A stretch of 64,000 nucleotides of DNA, from IMG/VR virus record IMGVR_UViG_3300022908_000001, positions 9,488 through 73,487 of that record. One strand, given 5' to 3'. Source of the DNA: a virus. The notes under the pieces were generated by a model that did not search any database, was not told the DNA's origin, and saw only the letters and a list, made by a program, of their open reading frames with translations. The position numbers and the translations under genes are program-made. Shown here piece after piece: positions 30,115 to 40,919 of this stretch; the first letter of the stretch is position 1; each line of letters starts with the position of its first letter.

Positions 30115-30414
30115 TTAAATTGTTTCTATACTATTCTCCGGCAACCACTTCGCCTTAATCCCATTCAACCAATGCGCATCATAAAACACCTGCTCACTTC
30201 CCTCACGCCAAACAGCAGAGTCCACTACAAAGTAATCACCGCTCTTCCGTTGCCGAACCGTGTCTCCACGTCCGTATTTTGGCGTCCGTTCATGGTGACG
30301 CATCGGGTACTGGCGGGACTCGAATGTTTGGGTGCCACAGCCGGACAGCCACCCGAGAGCGAGCAGCATAGCGAACATGAGCAGGATTGGTTTTAGGATG
30401 GGGTCGTTTTTCAT
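30115..30414 (-). CDS. Putative lipoprotein
   Basis: Hydrophobic signal ending in the lipobox LSGC. Confidence 0.6.
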   Translation of the reverse strand: MKNDPILKPILLMFAMLLALGWLSGCGTQTFESRQYPMRHHERTPKYGRGDTVRQRKSGDYFVVDSAVWREGSEQVFYDAHWLNGIKAKWLPENSIETI

Positions 30415-30937
30415 AAGGTAGTCAGTTCGGTAAACGGGTTTAAATTAAACCAATTCGGCACCCCTAAACATACTATTAATATTTTTCCGTCATGTGGGAA
30501 CCAAGAGAATTTTGTTATAGTAGGCTTTCTCACTAAAAATGGCTTTTTAACAAAATCTATTATGGCAAAGCACCTGCCATTTTCTTTTGAAACAGATACA
30601 ACTTTGCCTAATGACGGGTAGGCGTTTACGTTATCTAAATAAGGAACTACAGGTGTTCCATTACTTAAATCAATGTCGTCTATGTTTTTAAAGCCATAGT
30701 CTTTAAAGCTACTAAATATAGACTTCTTTATTTCAACCTTTATTTTCATATGCCTAACATTGGGTTTTTACTTATTTTAATATCATTCGAGTCGAAATGT
30801 TTAACCTCACCATTATCCAATCGCACCAACCATATCGTATTAATGTTAATGCCGTAATCTATCACCACAAGACACCAACCGTGCCCTAACGGTGTTTCTA
30901 CCTCAATGGGTGGGTTCAGTTGAAGCATCATATCCAT
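30411..30937 (-). CDS. Two small hypothetical genes (30411-30749, 30746-30937)
   Basis: Coupled ORFs downstream of the glycosyltransferase cluster. Confidence 0.5.
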
Positions 30938-31583
30938 AATACAACTTACTCCCCAAAACCTCCTTATTGAATATCTTCTCGTTCTCCCGTATATGGGACT
31001 CCTTTTCCTCCTTGCTCATCGAGTGCTCTTTCACGTACCCATGCTTCTCAGCGCCGCTCTGATCTAAATCCCAAGCGTAAATATACTCTTCCCATCCATT
31101 AAGACTGACATACCAAGCCGGGGTTAATCCTGCCATCCTTATCCGGTGCGAATAGGCAACGTGCTCGTAACCGTATTTGCCATAAGCCGGGTTGATATAC
31201 CCCACGGTTTCCACGACCTTTCGGGTCAGGAATAGCATGCATCCTGTTCCGGTTAAATAGCAGGACACATCCTCGTTTCCTGACTGGTATAGTGAATTGA
31301 CTGGATTGCAAAGAACGAAATGCTGTATGCCTGTTTTTAGGCAGCCATCGATAAAGAATTTCTCCCAGCCTTTTTTTATGGGGAAGGTATCGTCGTCGAA
31401 GATGAATAGGTATTGCGCACCGGAATCGTAAAGTTGCTTTATAAGTACATTCTTATCATGTGATACAGATATTTGATCTGAATTTATAAAAAAAAGATTA
31501 TCAGTAATACTAAACCTGTCGTAAGTTTGTATTAAATCATTGGTTATACACGGTGCGGTCACTCCGACTCCTATTTTGCTCAT
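30903..31583 (-). CDS. GT-A fold (GT2-like) glycosyltransferase
   Basis: YLFIFDDD (DxD), GCMLFLTRKVVETVGY, YGYEHVAYSHRI. Confidence 0.85.
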   Translation of the reverse strand: MSKIGVGVTAPCITNDLIQTYDRFSITDNLFFINSDQISVSHDKNVLIKQLYDSGAQYLFIFDDDTFPIKKGWEKFFIDGCLKTGIQHFVLCNPVNSLYQSGNEDVSCYLTGTGCMLFLTRKVVETVGYINPAYGKYGYEHVAYSHRIRMAGLTPAWYVSLNGWEEYIYAWDLDQSGAEKHGYVKEHSMSKEEKESHIRENEKIFNKEVLGSKLYYGYDASTEPTH

Positions 31584-32215
31584 GGCTTTATAAATATAAT
31601 ATTTTCTGCGTTTATCAAGCCAATCCCCATCCTATAACCCTTACAGTGCTCAACAAATCTTTGCAGTAGTGCTCTGTCGCTGTTCCATTCAATGCACAAC
31701 ACTTTGCAACCAATATCATCTAAATCCATCTGTTTTAGTATGATTTCATCAAAACCTTCAGCGTCAATCGATATAAAATCAAACCGAACCTGCTTATTAT
31801 ATCTTTCGCATAAATCATGGTAAAAATCAGTCCACGACTTGATGTATATCGACGTTTTTTTGAACTTTACATCAGGCCAACGTTTGGTTTCTTCGAAATT
31901 AACCGTGCTAACCAGTCCCCTGTCTTCGCCATTTGGTACGTGGGCTTCCGATTCATAAAAATCAGCATCCCCCGTTTTGTCACCAATTCCTAAATTGAAT
32001 GTGCGGACATTTTTATTTTTAAGATGTAATTTATGAAGGTCTTTATACGTTTCACCCGGCTCCACCAAAACGGCTGACCAATTATTGTCTATAAGTAATT
32101 TTGAATTACTTAAGTCGATGCCATTATTGCTACCAATTTCGAGCAAATTACCCACATACCCATTGAAATAGTCGAGTACGAAAAGGTCTTCTTTATTTTG
32201 AGAATATGTATTCAT
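31580..32215 (-). CDS. FkbM-like SAM-dependent methyltransferase
   Basis: YSQNKED, LEIGSNNG...SNS, AVLVEP, DFISIDAEGFD...LCIE. Confidence 0.9.
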   Translation of the reverse strand: MNTYSQNKEDLFVLDYFNGYVGNLLEIGSNNGIDLSNSKLLIDNNWSAVLVEPGETYKDLHKLHLKNKNVRTFNLGIGDKTGDADFYESEAHVPNGEDRGLVSTVNFEETKRWPDVKFKKTSIYIKSWTDFYHDLCERYNKQVRFDFISIDAEGFDEIILKQMDLDDIGCKVLCIEWNSDRALLQRFVEHCKGYRMGIGLINAENIIFIKP

Positions 32216-32762
32216 TGTAAATCTGGTTAAATGTTTCCTCTTCTATAAATGGCTTATCAATAACCTTTCGCAATACAGCGGATACGTTCCACCCATCGGT
32301 TATATTTCCCATAGCTGGTTCTTGCTTATTCTCAAGTATTTCATATTCCATAAATGTACTAAGCATTACATAGAAATCGTTGGTAAAATAATGCTGCCCA
32401 TGCCCCGGCCAATTACCTGTCATTGGATTTTCGTGGATCATTATCCCATCAATAACGCAGGCGTTGTGTATATTCTTGAATGGGATATACAGCGAACCGT
32501 CTATGTGCTCCAGTGTTCCTTCGTTGGTTACGATGTCAAACCCTCCGTATGGTTGCAGTTCACGCAAATCACCATACACGCACTTCTGGTGCTCAATTAT
32601 ATCAACCGAGATGTGTTCGATTGATATAGCTTCAAAGTAATCCTTAGCTATCCATCCATAATGTTCGATATCGTATAGGTTTTGTGCCCCTAATTCCAAC
32701 ATTTTCATGTGTGGTTTAAGGTAGCGGCTGATACGTTCGAGTGAAAGTGAGGTTATGCCCAT
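32193..32762 (-). CDS. Class I SAM-dependent methyltransferase
   Basis: MLELGAQ, ISVDI, FDIVTNEGTLEHI. Confidence 0.85.
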   Translation of the reverse strand: MGITSLSLERISRYLKPHMKMLELGAQNLYDIEHYGWIAKDYFEAISIEHISVDIIEHQKCVYGDLRELQPYGGFDIVTNEGTLEHIDGSLYIPFKNIHNACVIDGIMIHENPMTGNWPGHGQHYFTNDFYVMLSTFMEYEILENKQEPAMGNITDGWNVSAVLRKVIDKPFIEEETFNQIYNEYIFSK

Positions 32763-32764
32763 AT

Positions 32765-32947
32765 TTAGTCAGTTAAATCTTCCTTCATCTTATCGTAGTC
32801 ATCGCCAATTTCTTTTAGTTTTTTAAAGGTATATGGCTCATCCTGTTCAGTAATCGACCCTCCTAAAGTGGCTACGTCCTTTACTATAGCTATTGGAGTT
32901 TCTATAACATCCAGTGCCAGTTTTGTTAATTGTCCAAAAAATCCCAT
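32765..32947 (-). CDS. Small hypothetical protein inside the glycosylation cluster
   Basis: 60-aa amphipathic ORF MGFFGQLTKLALDVIETPIAIVKDVATLGG. Confidence 0.6.
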   Translation of the reverse strand: MGFFGQLTKLALDVIETPIAIVKDVATLGGSITEQDEPYTFKKLKEIGDDYDKMKEDLTD

Positions 32948-32968
32948 AATTATATATTTTAAATTAGT

Positions 32969-33655
32969 CTACCCCTGCGCTTGTATTAAAATAGTTTCAT
33001 TCTTCCTTTCACTACCCGGCGCCGCATACTCCAGCCACTCATCGCCCCGTTTAGCCAAGTGACCCAACCCCATCAGGTAAACCAGCGCACTTGAGTTACT
33101 CATATCGTGGCGGCTACCCTTGCACCGATCATCCGCACTGCATTCCCCATTCGTATTCGTCCAACTTCCCTTGAACATCCCGTCACGCATCGATTTCTCC
33201 CACGCGATAAAGAATGCCTGCGCTGCGGGATGCGTGAAGTCAAAACCCAGCATCCCCGCATTCCCTATCATACCAACCTTCATTGCTTCATCACGGCTGA
33301 TACCCCAGTAATTTAACTGCGCATCAGTGCTCCAAGTCCCTAAGTAGTGGCCCGCTTCCTGGAATATAAAGCCGTCACGTTCAATTGACTCAAATATAGG
33401 GGATAAGTCGGCCACAGCGAAGCAACTCGAATCCAACCATAACACACTGGTGTAGCCAGCCTCAATAGCATGCTGTATGCATACCACTTTAAACCCGTAT
33501 GGAACGTTGATGTGAAGCGGCGAACCTATACTCTCCTCTCCAATAAACCCCAAGAAGTCACCATCGAACCTGCCGACCAATGACTCCTCTAACCGTGCTA
33601 AATTCTCACGATATCTTCCGGTTCCATTTGCAAAACTTACAATCGCTCTATCCAT
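32969..33655 (-). CDS. Putative nucleotide-sugar transferase (GT-A-like); likely start MDRAIVSFA at 33655
   Basis: PYGFKVVCIQHA...VLWLDSS...RHDMS, a pattern resembling nucleotide-diphospho-sugar transferases. Confidence 0.65.
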   Translation of the reverse strand: MDRAIVSFANGTGRYRENLARLEESLVGRFDGDFLGFIGEESIGSPLHINVPYGFKVVCIQHAIEAGYTSVLWLDSSCFAVADLSPIFESIERDGFIFQEAGHYLGTWSTDAQLNYWGISRDEAMKVGMIGNAGMLGFDFTHPAAQAFFIAWEKSMRDGMFKGSWTNTNGECSADDRCKGSRHDMSNSSALVYLMGLGHLAKRGDEWLEYAAPGSERKNETILIQAQG

Positions 33656-34286
33656 TTGGGTTTGTCCACGCTTCGTTGCTTTCGGTCGAAGCCTCCGTTT
33701 TATCAATGTCAAAATTATATTTGAATAACACCTTGTCGATATGCACCTCCGTAATGGACTCTGTCAGGCATTGCTGTACGAAACTCCAATCCTCGGCGTA
33801 GCTTATATCTGCGAATTTAAATTTCCTGAACTTACCATTCCAAGCACAGTTTGGAAATGGCGGACGCCTGCAATCCAAATACCTTCCGTCCTGCGTATTA
33901 TGCTCAACATCACTGCCCAACCGCTGCGTAACAATGTAGGTGCTCCCGTCAGCATTGCGGCACTCCGCCTTAAAATCTATCACATCAACATCAGAACCAG
34001 TAACCTCGTATATCTCCTGCAAAGATAGCAATTCGTCATCGTCATGCAGGAAACAGAAGTACTTGCCCCTACTTGCATTCATCAGGTGGTTGCACTTCTC
34101 GCCTATACTCATGATCTTGTTATCAGTAAGCATCAGTATCTCCACACTCATACCCGAAGACAGTTCAAGCAAACGTTCGTACAACGCAGCAGCCTGCACC
34201 AACCTTGAAGGGATTGACGGTATCAGTATCGATAACCTTATCTCACTTATATGAGCGAAAATCATAATAGTACATTTGTGGTTCAA
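33648..34286 (-). CDS. GT2-like glycosyltransferase
   Basis: LSILIPS, SIGEKCNHL...GKYFCFLHDDD, YAEDWSF. Confidence 0.85.
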   Translation of the reverse strand: MNHKCTIMIFAHISEIRLSILIPSIPSRLVQAAALYERLLELSSGMSVEILMLTDNKIMSIGEKCNHLMNASRGKYFCFLHDDDELLSLQEIYEVTGSDVDVIDFKAECRNADGSTYIVTQRLGSDVEHNTQDGRYLDCRRPPFPNCAWNGKFRKFKFADISYAEDWSFVQQCLTESITEVHIDKVLFKYNFDIDKTEASTESNEAWTNPNG

Positions 34287-35457
34287 TCAATACTTCTGTT
34301 TTCAATAACGGCAACAGCCTGTGCGAGAAATCGGCATCCTCACCATGCGATATTTCCGGGAACCTTACCATAAGCGCCAGTTCCCTGCGCACCGGACTAA
34401 TGTGGTTTGGCGTCCTGTATAACACACCATCCTTCTCAAACCAATGACCGTACTCTTTAGATATATACCACTTCCGAAAGTTCCAGCCATCAGTGCTTAC
34501 CGTACCGTTGATGCCAATGCAGTCTGGTTTCGACCCGATAGAGGCAAGTATCTGCGCCACGTAATACTCAGGCACTTTATCATCATCATCAACGAAAACA
34601 ACATACTCTCCCTTAGCCGCTTCAAGCAGGCTGTTACGCTTCTTGCCTATACAATCGATTTCATCCGAGTCCATCAGTATCTCAACGGCGTAGGTTTTCT
34701 GAGCTACTAAAGTAGCCAGTAGGGGTGCGAGTTGTTGTGCCCGTGATTTGGTTGTGGCAATCAGGATTGATAGCAACACTTCACACGAAGGGTGCCATTC
34801 CAAACTTTCGTATGAGTTTACCGGGTCAGCAATACCAAACCCTTCCACCAGCCTGCTTTCAAATAACAAACGTCCCTGTTCCTGTGTCAAATCATTCCGC
34901 TCGTTTATTTCATCCTTCTGCGTTTTTCCAGTTGTGTGGTGCAAATGCGGAAACTCCAGATTAGAATATATCAACCGCCCGGTCATATGCGCAACGGCGG
35001 TCAGGTCGGTGTCTGCGTACAAGTGCTTATAGCCTGGGTGGTAAATATATCCATACCGCTCATACCAAACCCGGTCAACAACCGGAAGTGTTACAAGGGT
35101 GGGCTGGATACCGTCACGGGTTTTTAGGACGAAGTCTGATTTGCCGGATAGTTCAGATAATAATCTTTCATCCCAACCATACTCACCGCAATCAAAATCA
35201 TCACTAACAACGATTAGTATCTCTCCTGTAGCGTGTTTTGCAGCATTATTAATAGCCTCAATGGCTGATTTGTTTGGTAATCTTATAGCTGGCGTGTCTT
35301 TAGATATGGTTTCATCGTCAGTATCAACGCTCATTAGGTATTGGATATTTTCGGGGTATTTCGCCTTACAAATCCACCTTTTATTTGTAGCGAGCATTTG
35401 CTGTGGCCTGCCTCGGGATGGATGTATTATAGTTATGCTTTTCATTGACTTAGCCAT
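34243..35457 (-). CDS. Double-domain GT2-like glycosyltransferase, 404 aa
   Basis: Domain 1 IIHPSRGRP...VVSDDF...YADTD; domain 2 LSILIAT...IGKKRN...YVVFVDDDD...GEDADF. Confidence 0.88.
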   Translation of the reverse strand: MAKSMKSITIIHPSRGRPQQMLATNKRWICKAKYPENIQYLMSVDTDDETISKDTPAIRLPNKSAIEAINNAAKHATGEILIVVSDDFDCGEYGWDERLLSELSGKSDFVLKTRDGIQPTLVTLPVVDRVWYERYGYIYHPGYKHLYADTDLTAVAHMTGRLIYSNLEFPHLHHTTGKTQKDEINERNDLTQEQGRLLFESRLVEGFGIADPVNSYESLEWHPSCEVLLSILIATTKSRAQQLAPLLATLVAQKTYAVEILMDSDEIDCIGKKRNSLLEAAKGEYVVFVDDDDKVPEYYVAQILASIGSKPDCIGINGTVSTDGWNFRKWYISKEYGHWFEKDGVLYRTPNHISPVRRELALMVRFPEISHGEDADFSHRLLPLLKTEVLIEPQMYYYDFRSYK

Positions 35458-36080
35458 TTCTGTATCTTCTCCGTATTATCCATCAACTCAGCCAGATTCT
35501 TATTCGGTAAGGTAGCGGCTATTTTAGCGGCTTCGAGGCGGGATGGTAGAACCAAAAATCCCTGTTCGTTAAAATCCTTCATAAGTTGTTCGGGTGATTT
35601 GCCAATCTTTACAAGATCGGTATACCTCAATATAGCGCCTGCCTTATCTTCTTTAGGATGAAGCGCGCATGTTTCTTTACATAGCAATATGTTAGGTGCT
35701 GTCAACTCAATACCCATATCCTGCATAATGCCCTCCAGTTCATTATCTATCAAAACACGTGTGCCACTTTCGTAAACCCTTACCAATCCCTTACTTGATT
35801 CTTCGAGTGTGAAGTTTTCTGTCATAATAATGTAAAAAATACCGGCAACCCAAAATGAGATATTAAGCGCAAACGAAATATTGGACAATCAGGGTGTACC
35901 GGTAAAATCTTTATGTTGGTCGTCCATTATCGTTTGCTCCCCAAGTATCGGAACAATATTTGGCTTTACCAAATTTGTGAATACTTTTTTCTCCGGCCCC
36001 ACCGCAACGGGCACACGCACTGCCTGCACCCTACCCTTCACGCACGCAGCGGCTTCTTCTAAGAGGACTTTGTAGTTCAT
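35442..36080 (-). CDS. Two hypothetical genes heading the leftward unit (35442-35826, 35889-36080)
   Basis: ORFs downstream of a TATCTTTA element placed 5 nt before the ATG at 36080. Confidence 0.5.
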
Positions 36081-36334
36081 GGGTGTAAAGATACCACTTA
36101 GGTTGTAAAGTTGGCTTATTTTTGATTTTGGGTGTGTAGATGTGATATGGGTGCAGCCACCTATAGACGGGTGGGGTAGATCCGTGTGTGAAAAGTGCGT
36201 TTACTGAACCGGCGTACCCTCAAATATTTTCAAAAGCATTCCGGATAAAGGATGCTGTTGTGAGGCCGATAGGACATAGGGAAGCTATTCTAACAACTAC
36301 TTGATAATTATAGTATTAATACATATATTGTGTT

Positions 36335-36676
36335 ATGAATAGAATAACATCTTGTATCTACATGATACTGTTTGACAACAATATGTGTTATATTGGCAAA
36401 TCAGATGCACCATATTTAAGATTTTATAAGCATATCTCATTACTAAAATCTAACAGGCATGGTAATAGAATAATGCAACAAGCTTATAATGAAGGTCACT
36501 TTAAATCTATTGATTTTGCTGTTGTTAGAGAGGTTGATAGAGATGTTGTAAGCGACTGGGAGAAGTTTTATATATTCCTTTATAACAAAACAGCCTATAA
36601 TATTATGTGCAATAGGAATTATAAAAAGACTGGAAAATCTGAAAGATACATGAACAATAAAGTAGAATTAGTATAA
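36335..36676 (+). CDS. GIY-YIG endonuclease
   Basis: CIYMI...CYIGKS...RFYKH...HGN..MQQAYN...EKFYI...YN. Confidence 0.85.
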   Translation: MNRITSCIYMILFDNNMCYIGKSDAPYLRFYKHISLLKSNRHGNRIMQQAYNEGHFKSIDFAVVREVDRDVVSDWEKFYIFLYNKTAYNIMCNRNYKKTGKSERYMNNKVELV

Positions 36677-36807
36677 CTTTTTGGGAATAAGTATTATAGG
36701 CAATAATCAATCTCATAAGTTATCTTATGTATACTAAACTTTGTTTACATATACTAAACCCTCCTACCCTACCCATATTGTGAAAACTGTTTATATTTGG
36801 TAGCTAT

Positions 36808-37176
36808 ATGCCAGTCAACAACCAACTATTACACACTATTTGCCGCTCAAGGCTAATCGATAGGAACCTGATAGCTAAATATATCCCGCACAAAGCTAAT
36901 AAGAGGCCGTCACGAGCATTAGATGTATTACTGATAGTCTACTGTCACCCAAACAAAACAATGTCTTATATCAAGGCTTTGCAGCATAATAAGAGCGATA
37001 CAATATCAGATCATGTTAATAGCTTGGTTCAGCTTGGTTATTTAAGTAAGAAAAACCGGCAAAGATTTGTCCCGCAAATAAATTGCTGGAAGGGTGAATT
37101 TGTTTACAATGTCACAAAACACGGTCAAGACGTTCTAAACGCTGTTTTTGGATCAGTTGGAGAGGGGAAATACTGA
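36808..37176 (+). CDS. Winged-helix (MarR-like) DNA-binding protein
   Basis: TISDHVNSLVQLGYLSK...YNVTKHGQDVL; TATATTTG promoter just upstream. Confidence 0.65.
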   Translation: MPVNNQLLHTICRSRLIDRNLIAKYIPHKANKRPSRALDVLLIVYCHPNKTMSYIKALQHNKSDTISDHVNSLVQLGYLSKKNRQRFVPQINCWKGEFVYNVTKHGQDVLNAVFGSVGEGKY

Positions 37177-37412
37177 GATAGATAACCGTTCGGTTACATA
37201 ATATCCCTTATTAAGTATCATTTATTGTAGCCATTTGACTACCTATTGCACCGCGCGTACACGTGAGAGGGGAAAAGTGTGTAATTTTTTCTAACTGATA
37301 ATCAACGTGTTATAAATAAATGTATATTTATTGTATATTTTATTTGTATATATCATATATCTACCTTATACTTGTATTGTCAAATGGATGACGAATTAAA
37401 AACTTAGCAGTT

Positions 37413-40400
37413 ATGAAAGCCTTACCAATCCTAACCACAGTAAACTACAATTTAGCTAACGAATCATACAGCGCAACACGTCACGACATTAATACACGCA
37501 TTACTTTCCGCGGCTCTCATTGCGGCTTGCATGGATGTCATATAAATACATTCAGCGATCCACTTTGGTACTTAGGATCATTCACTAAGGCTCAAAGGCT
37601 CGAAAACTACACCAATGGTATGTTAGAGCAACTTGAGCGCCCATTCCATTTTACAGATGAAGAATGGGCTCAATTTGAGCATGATTACGCATCTGAAATA
37701 CATTCAGAGCGCTGTCTTGCACGCGAAATGGCAAACTATTAAGCAACTCTAAGTTCTGCTAAGTCTTAGCAGTCTGCCAGCGCATACCTCACAAGGGTTG
37801 CGCTTAAGGCAGTAAAAGACCACAACAAAATGACTAACAACGAAAAAGTACAAAAGAATATTCACCTCACAGACGAGGTAATATCAGGGCTAAAGGATTT
37901 ATCTTTGAAAGAGGATAGAACATTGAAGGCCTTTATCGAACGTGAACTAATCGCAATGGCTGCAAAGGGTGTGAGCTACCTCGACCTTTACACCCAATAC
38001 GAACGCACAGCACAAAAGTTGAGGGAGATATTAGAATGAGAATAATAGACAACACCCCAAACGGGATAGCAAAAGCTTCGATATTAAAATACCAAGAAGC
38101 AGACCGCAAGAGTAGGGTAATGATGCTGAAATTTGTAAATGAGCAACTAAATTTCTTTTTTCAGTATAATGACGATCAAGTGAAAGCGGCTCATATATTC
38201 TTAAAACTAACTAACCACATTTAAAAACATACGAAGATGAAAACAGATTACAACGGGTGGAAAAACCGCCAGACATGGAACGTAGCTTTACACATTGGTA
38301 ATGATTATAGCCTATACAAATCAGCAGTTGAGTTTGTAAAGAATATCGGCGATCAAAACCATAACAAGCTATATATGAAGTTTGTTAAACATATCGGCTT
38401 GCGTGGCGAACGCACACCTGATAATATTGCATACGATGGCAGCCGCTTAGACTACAAGGCACTGAATGAATTTATGCGTGACATTATTAACTAACCCCAT
38501 CACAACCAAATAAAAGAGAGATTATGAAAAAGTACATCATCGCACAAGACAAACAGGGTAAGTTTATTGTATTCGCTACCATATCAGACCTTAGGGATGA
38601 ACTGGACAATATTAAATCATGGTTAAGTATCAGGGCTGACTCGATAGAAGAGGCGATAGATAGGTTTCCAGAAATTGAGGCTAAGTATGATAAGATCAAT
38701 AAGGCGGACAGCCTGAAACATATCATAGACCTGTCTTAACCACCGCAGAGTCAGTTAATAAATTATGTAAATAAGAGGAGAAAATGAAAATAAAAAAATC
38801 ACTATGGCAGCACGAAATGGAGTTAGAAACGCTCATTATTGTATATAAAAAAATGATAGAATGCCGGGATGATAAGGAAACGATAGAGAGGCAATGGCAG
38901 AAGATTTTAGATAAACATGAATTTATAAACTTAACTTACACAGCATAATGAACACACTAACAACACTACAGATCGACCTGCCAACTTTCTTACTAAGCAT
39001 GGCACTGATCCAGGCACTCGCACACATCCTCCCCCTTGTTGACTGGAAAGAAGAAACGAGGGATTTGAGGGAATTGTTTACCACAAAATCAATTGAGAAG
39101 ATATGAAAACCAACGAACTACAAAAACTAAAAGAGCGCCAACTTGCCTACAATGCCAAGTGGAGCGAGGGTAAAAAACTATTAAGGATGTATAACTGTCC
39201 TTCATGTAACAAGCCTAACCAAACTCCAATGCCAACACGAAAAGATGTGTCAGGTAAGGGATATTGGGACAGCTTAACCACTTGTTACGAGTGTGGCGAC
39301 TGCTACTTTGTGATAAAGTATCCGAAGTCATTAATGTTACCTCATGGTAAAATACTGATCAGAACTATAGATGGAGTAGATCACGATGCCGACATTCAGG
39401 CAGAGAGCCAACCTAAATCGAATATCGATAAACTTGTAGATTTGCTATGAAAACATATCAAGCACCTCCGGTCAACAAACCTACACGAAAAGAAATCAAA
39501 TTCTGGCAGGCACAAGACAAATACGGTTGTGCCATTGAGAATAATAATTCAATAGCCATTCTCCGGGCTAAGTACGGAGCAAGTGTAATTTATAAAGCTA
39601 TAAGATGAAAACAGACCACACAGAAGCGAAACCATTTATGGAAGCTATGAGTAAATCAGCCGATGCTGACAAGGTAGTGAAGTTATTTCAAGAATTGTGG
39701 AATGATTCTGCTAATAATATGTACAATATAAGTAAATGGCAAGAAACATTTGTACTACTTTTAAATGTAGCAAAACCTACGAGACTTTAGCCATCCGCTA
39801 ACATTTAACGCAAAAAAGGAAAGATTATGAAAAAGCTAATTAAGGATATGTCAGACGAGGAAGTCATGGACGTATATAAAACAAGGTCTGTAGCCGCCCA
39901 AAAAGATATACTATACTTAGCATTGATTATAATAGTCGGCACCAACAAGACTCGTAATGAAGCTATAATTGAATCGGTAAAACATCTTTATATAGACTAA
40001 CCATGCCAACCAACCCAAATGAGCCGGTAAGCCCGGTGACAATAGATGTGAAGCTGACTATAAAAGAGGCGAAACGTATTGAAATGGCATTACGTGCTTT
40101 ACCATACCCCATGTACGAAGAGCGGGTATTCAATAATATGCTGGCTGACAAGTTAGACGCCCTAATCAACGCACTTAATGAGAAAACGAAATGATAAACT
40201 GGACAGATTCAGCAGAAATACCCAAGCCTGCTACAGACGACAAATGGAGTCACGACAATGATCTAAGCAACCGGGTATTGGTGGCAAGTTATAATGGAAG
40301 GGATGGCGAGATTCAACCTGCAAGGTTTGCCCGGTATCACTTTAGGTTAAATTGGTGGAATATTGAAGGTATAACCGGAGGTAATTATATTGTTACGCAT

Positions 40401-40890
40401 TATTCAGAGATTAATATGCCGGATAACGCACTTAATCAGAAAGAGGGATGAAAAAACTAATCATAAACAATTGCAACCAATGCCCCCACTTCAAGGTGAG
40501 TGAGATACATGGCATAGATGACTCATATAGGGCAACCTGTAACCATCCTGATATTGACAGTGTAGATTGGTCAGTCAAGCGTGGCAGAGACGCTTACATA
40601 CCTTTATTCTGTCCATTGCCGGAGAATGTGGAACTTGACGAGTTTTTTAACCCTTAACCCCAAACAAGATGCAGAAAAGTAAAACCCATACAATCGTAGA
40701 CAAGGCGCGTGCCAACATGCCAAGCCATCCTGTGGTCCGTATACATTCAGTATTCACAGGATACGTATATTACGATGTTAGTACCAATAAGAAGCATTGC
40801 CGAAATCCTATACATAGTGGAGTTACGGATTATAACAATCGGTATCTTGGAAGATACAGCGACCTTACAAATAGATACCTTGATTTTTAA
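37413..40890 (+). CDS. Early region 1: run of about 15 small hypothetical genes
   Basis: Densely packed 50-115-aa ORFs. Includes a Zn-ribbon protein (39103-39450, CPSC...CYEC), a YNGWKNRQTWNVAL protein (38237-38494) and a DUF551-like protein (40191-40451). Confidence 0.6.
37756..37817 (+). promoter_or_regulatory. Double stem-loop element after the first early gene
   Basis: CTGCTAAG-T-CTTAGCAG, one unpaired T, then a bulged hairpin. The second stem recurs at 52025. Confidence 0.55.
37830..38039 (+). CDS. Ribbon-helix-helix-like DNA-binding protein
   Basis: KNIHLTDEVISGLKDLSLKEDRTLKAFIERELI, a strand-helix-helix pattern. Confidence 0.6.
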   Translation: MTNNEKVQKNIHLTDEVISGLKDLSLKEDRTLKAFIERELIAMAAKGVSYLDLYTQYERTAQKLREILE

Positions 40891-40919
40891 CCCCTACTAA
40901 ATAAAGAGAGGAAGATACG

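Noticed and set aside
37741-37820. Hammerhead or other self-cleaving ribozyme
   Set aside because: No CUGAnGA/GAAA core or other recognisable ribozyme consensus.
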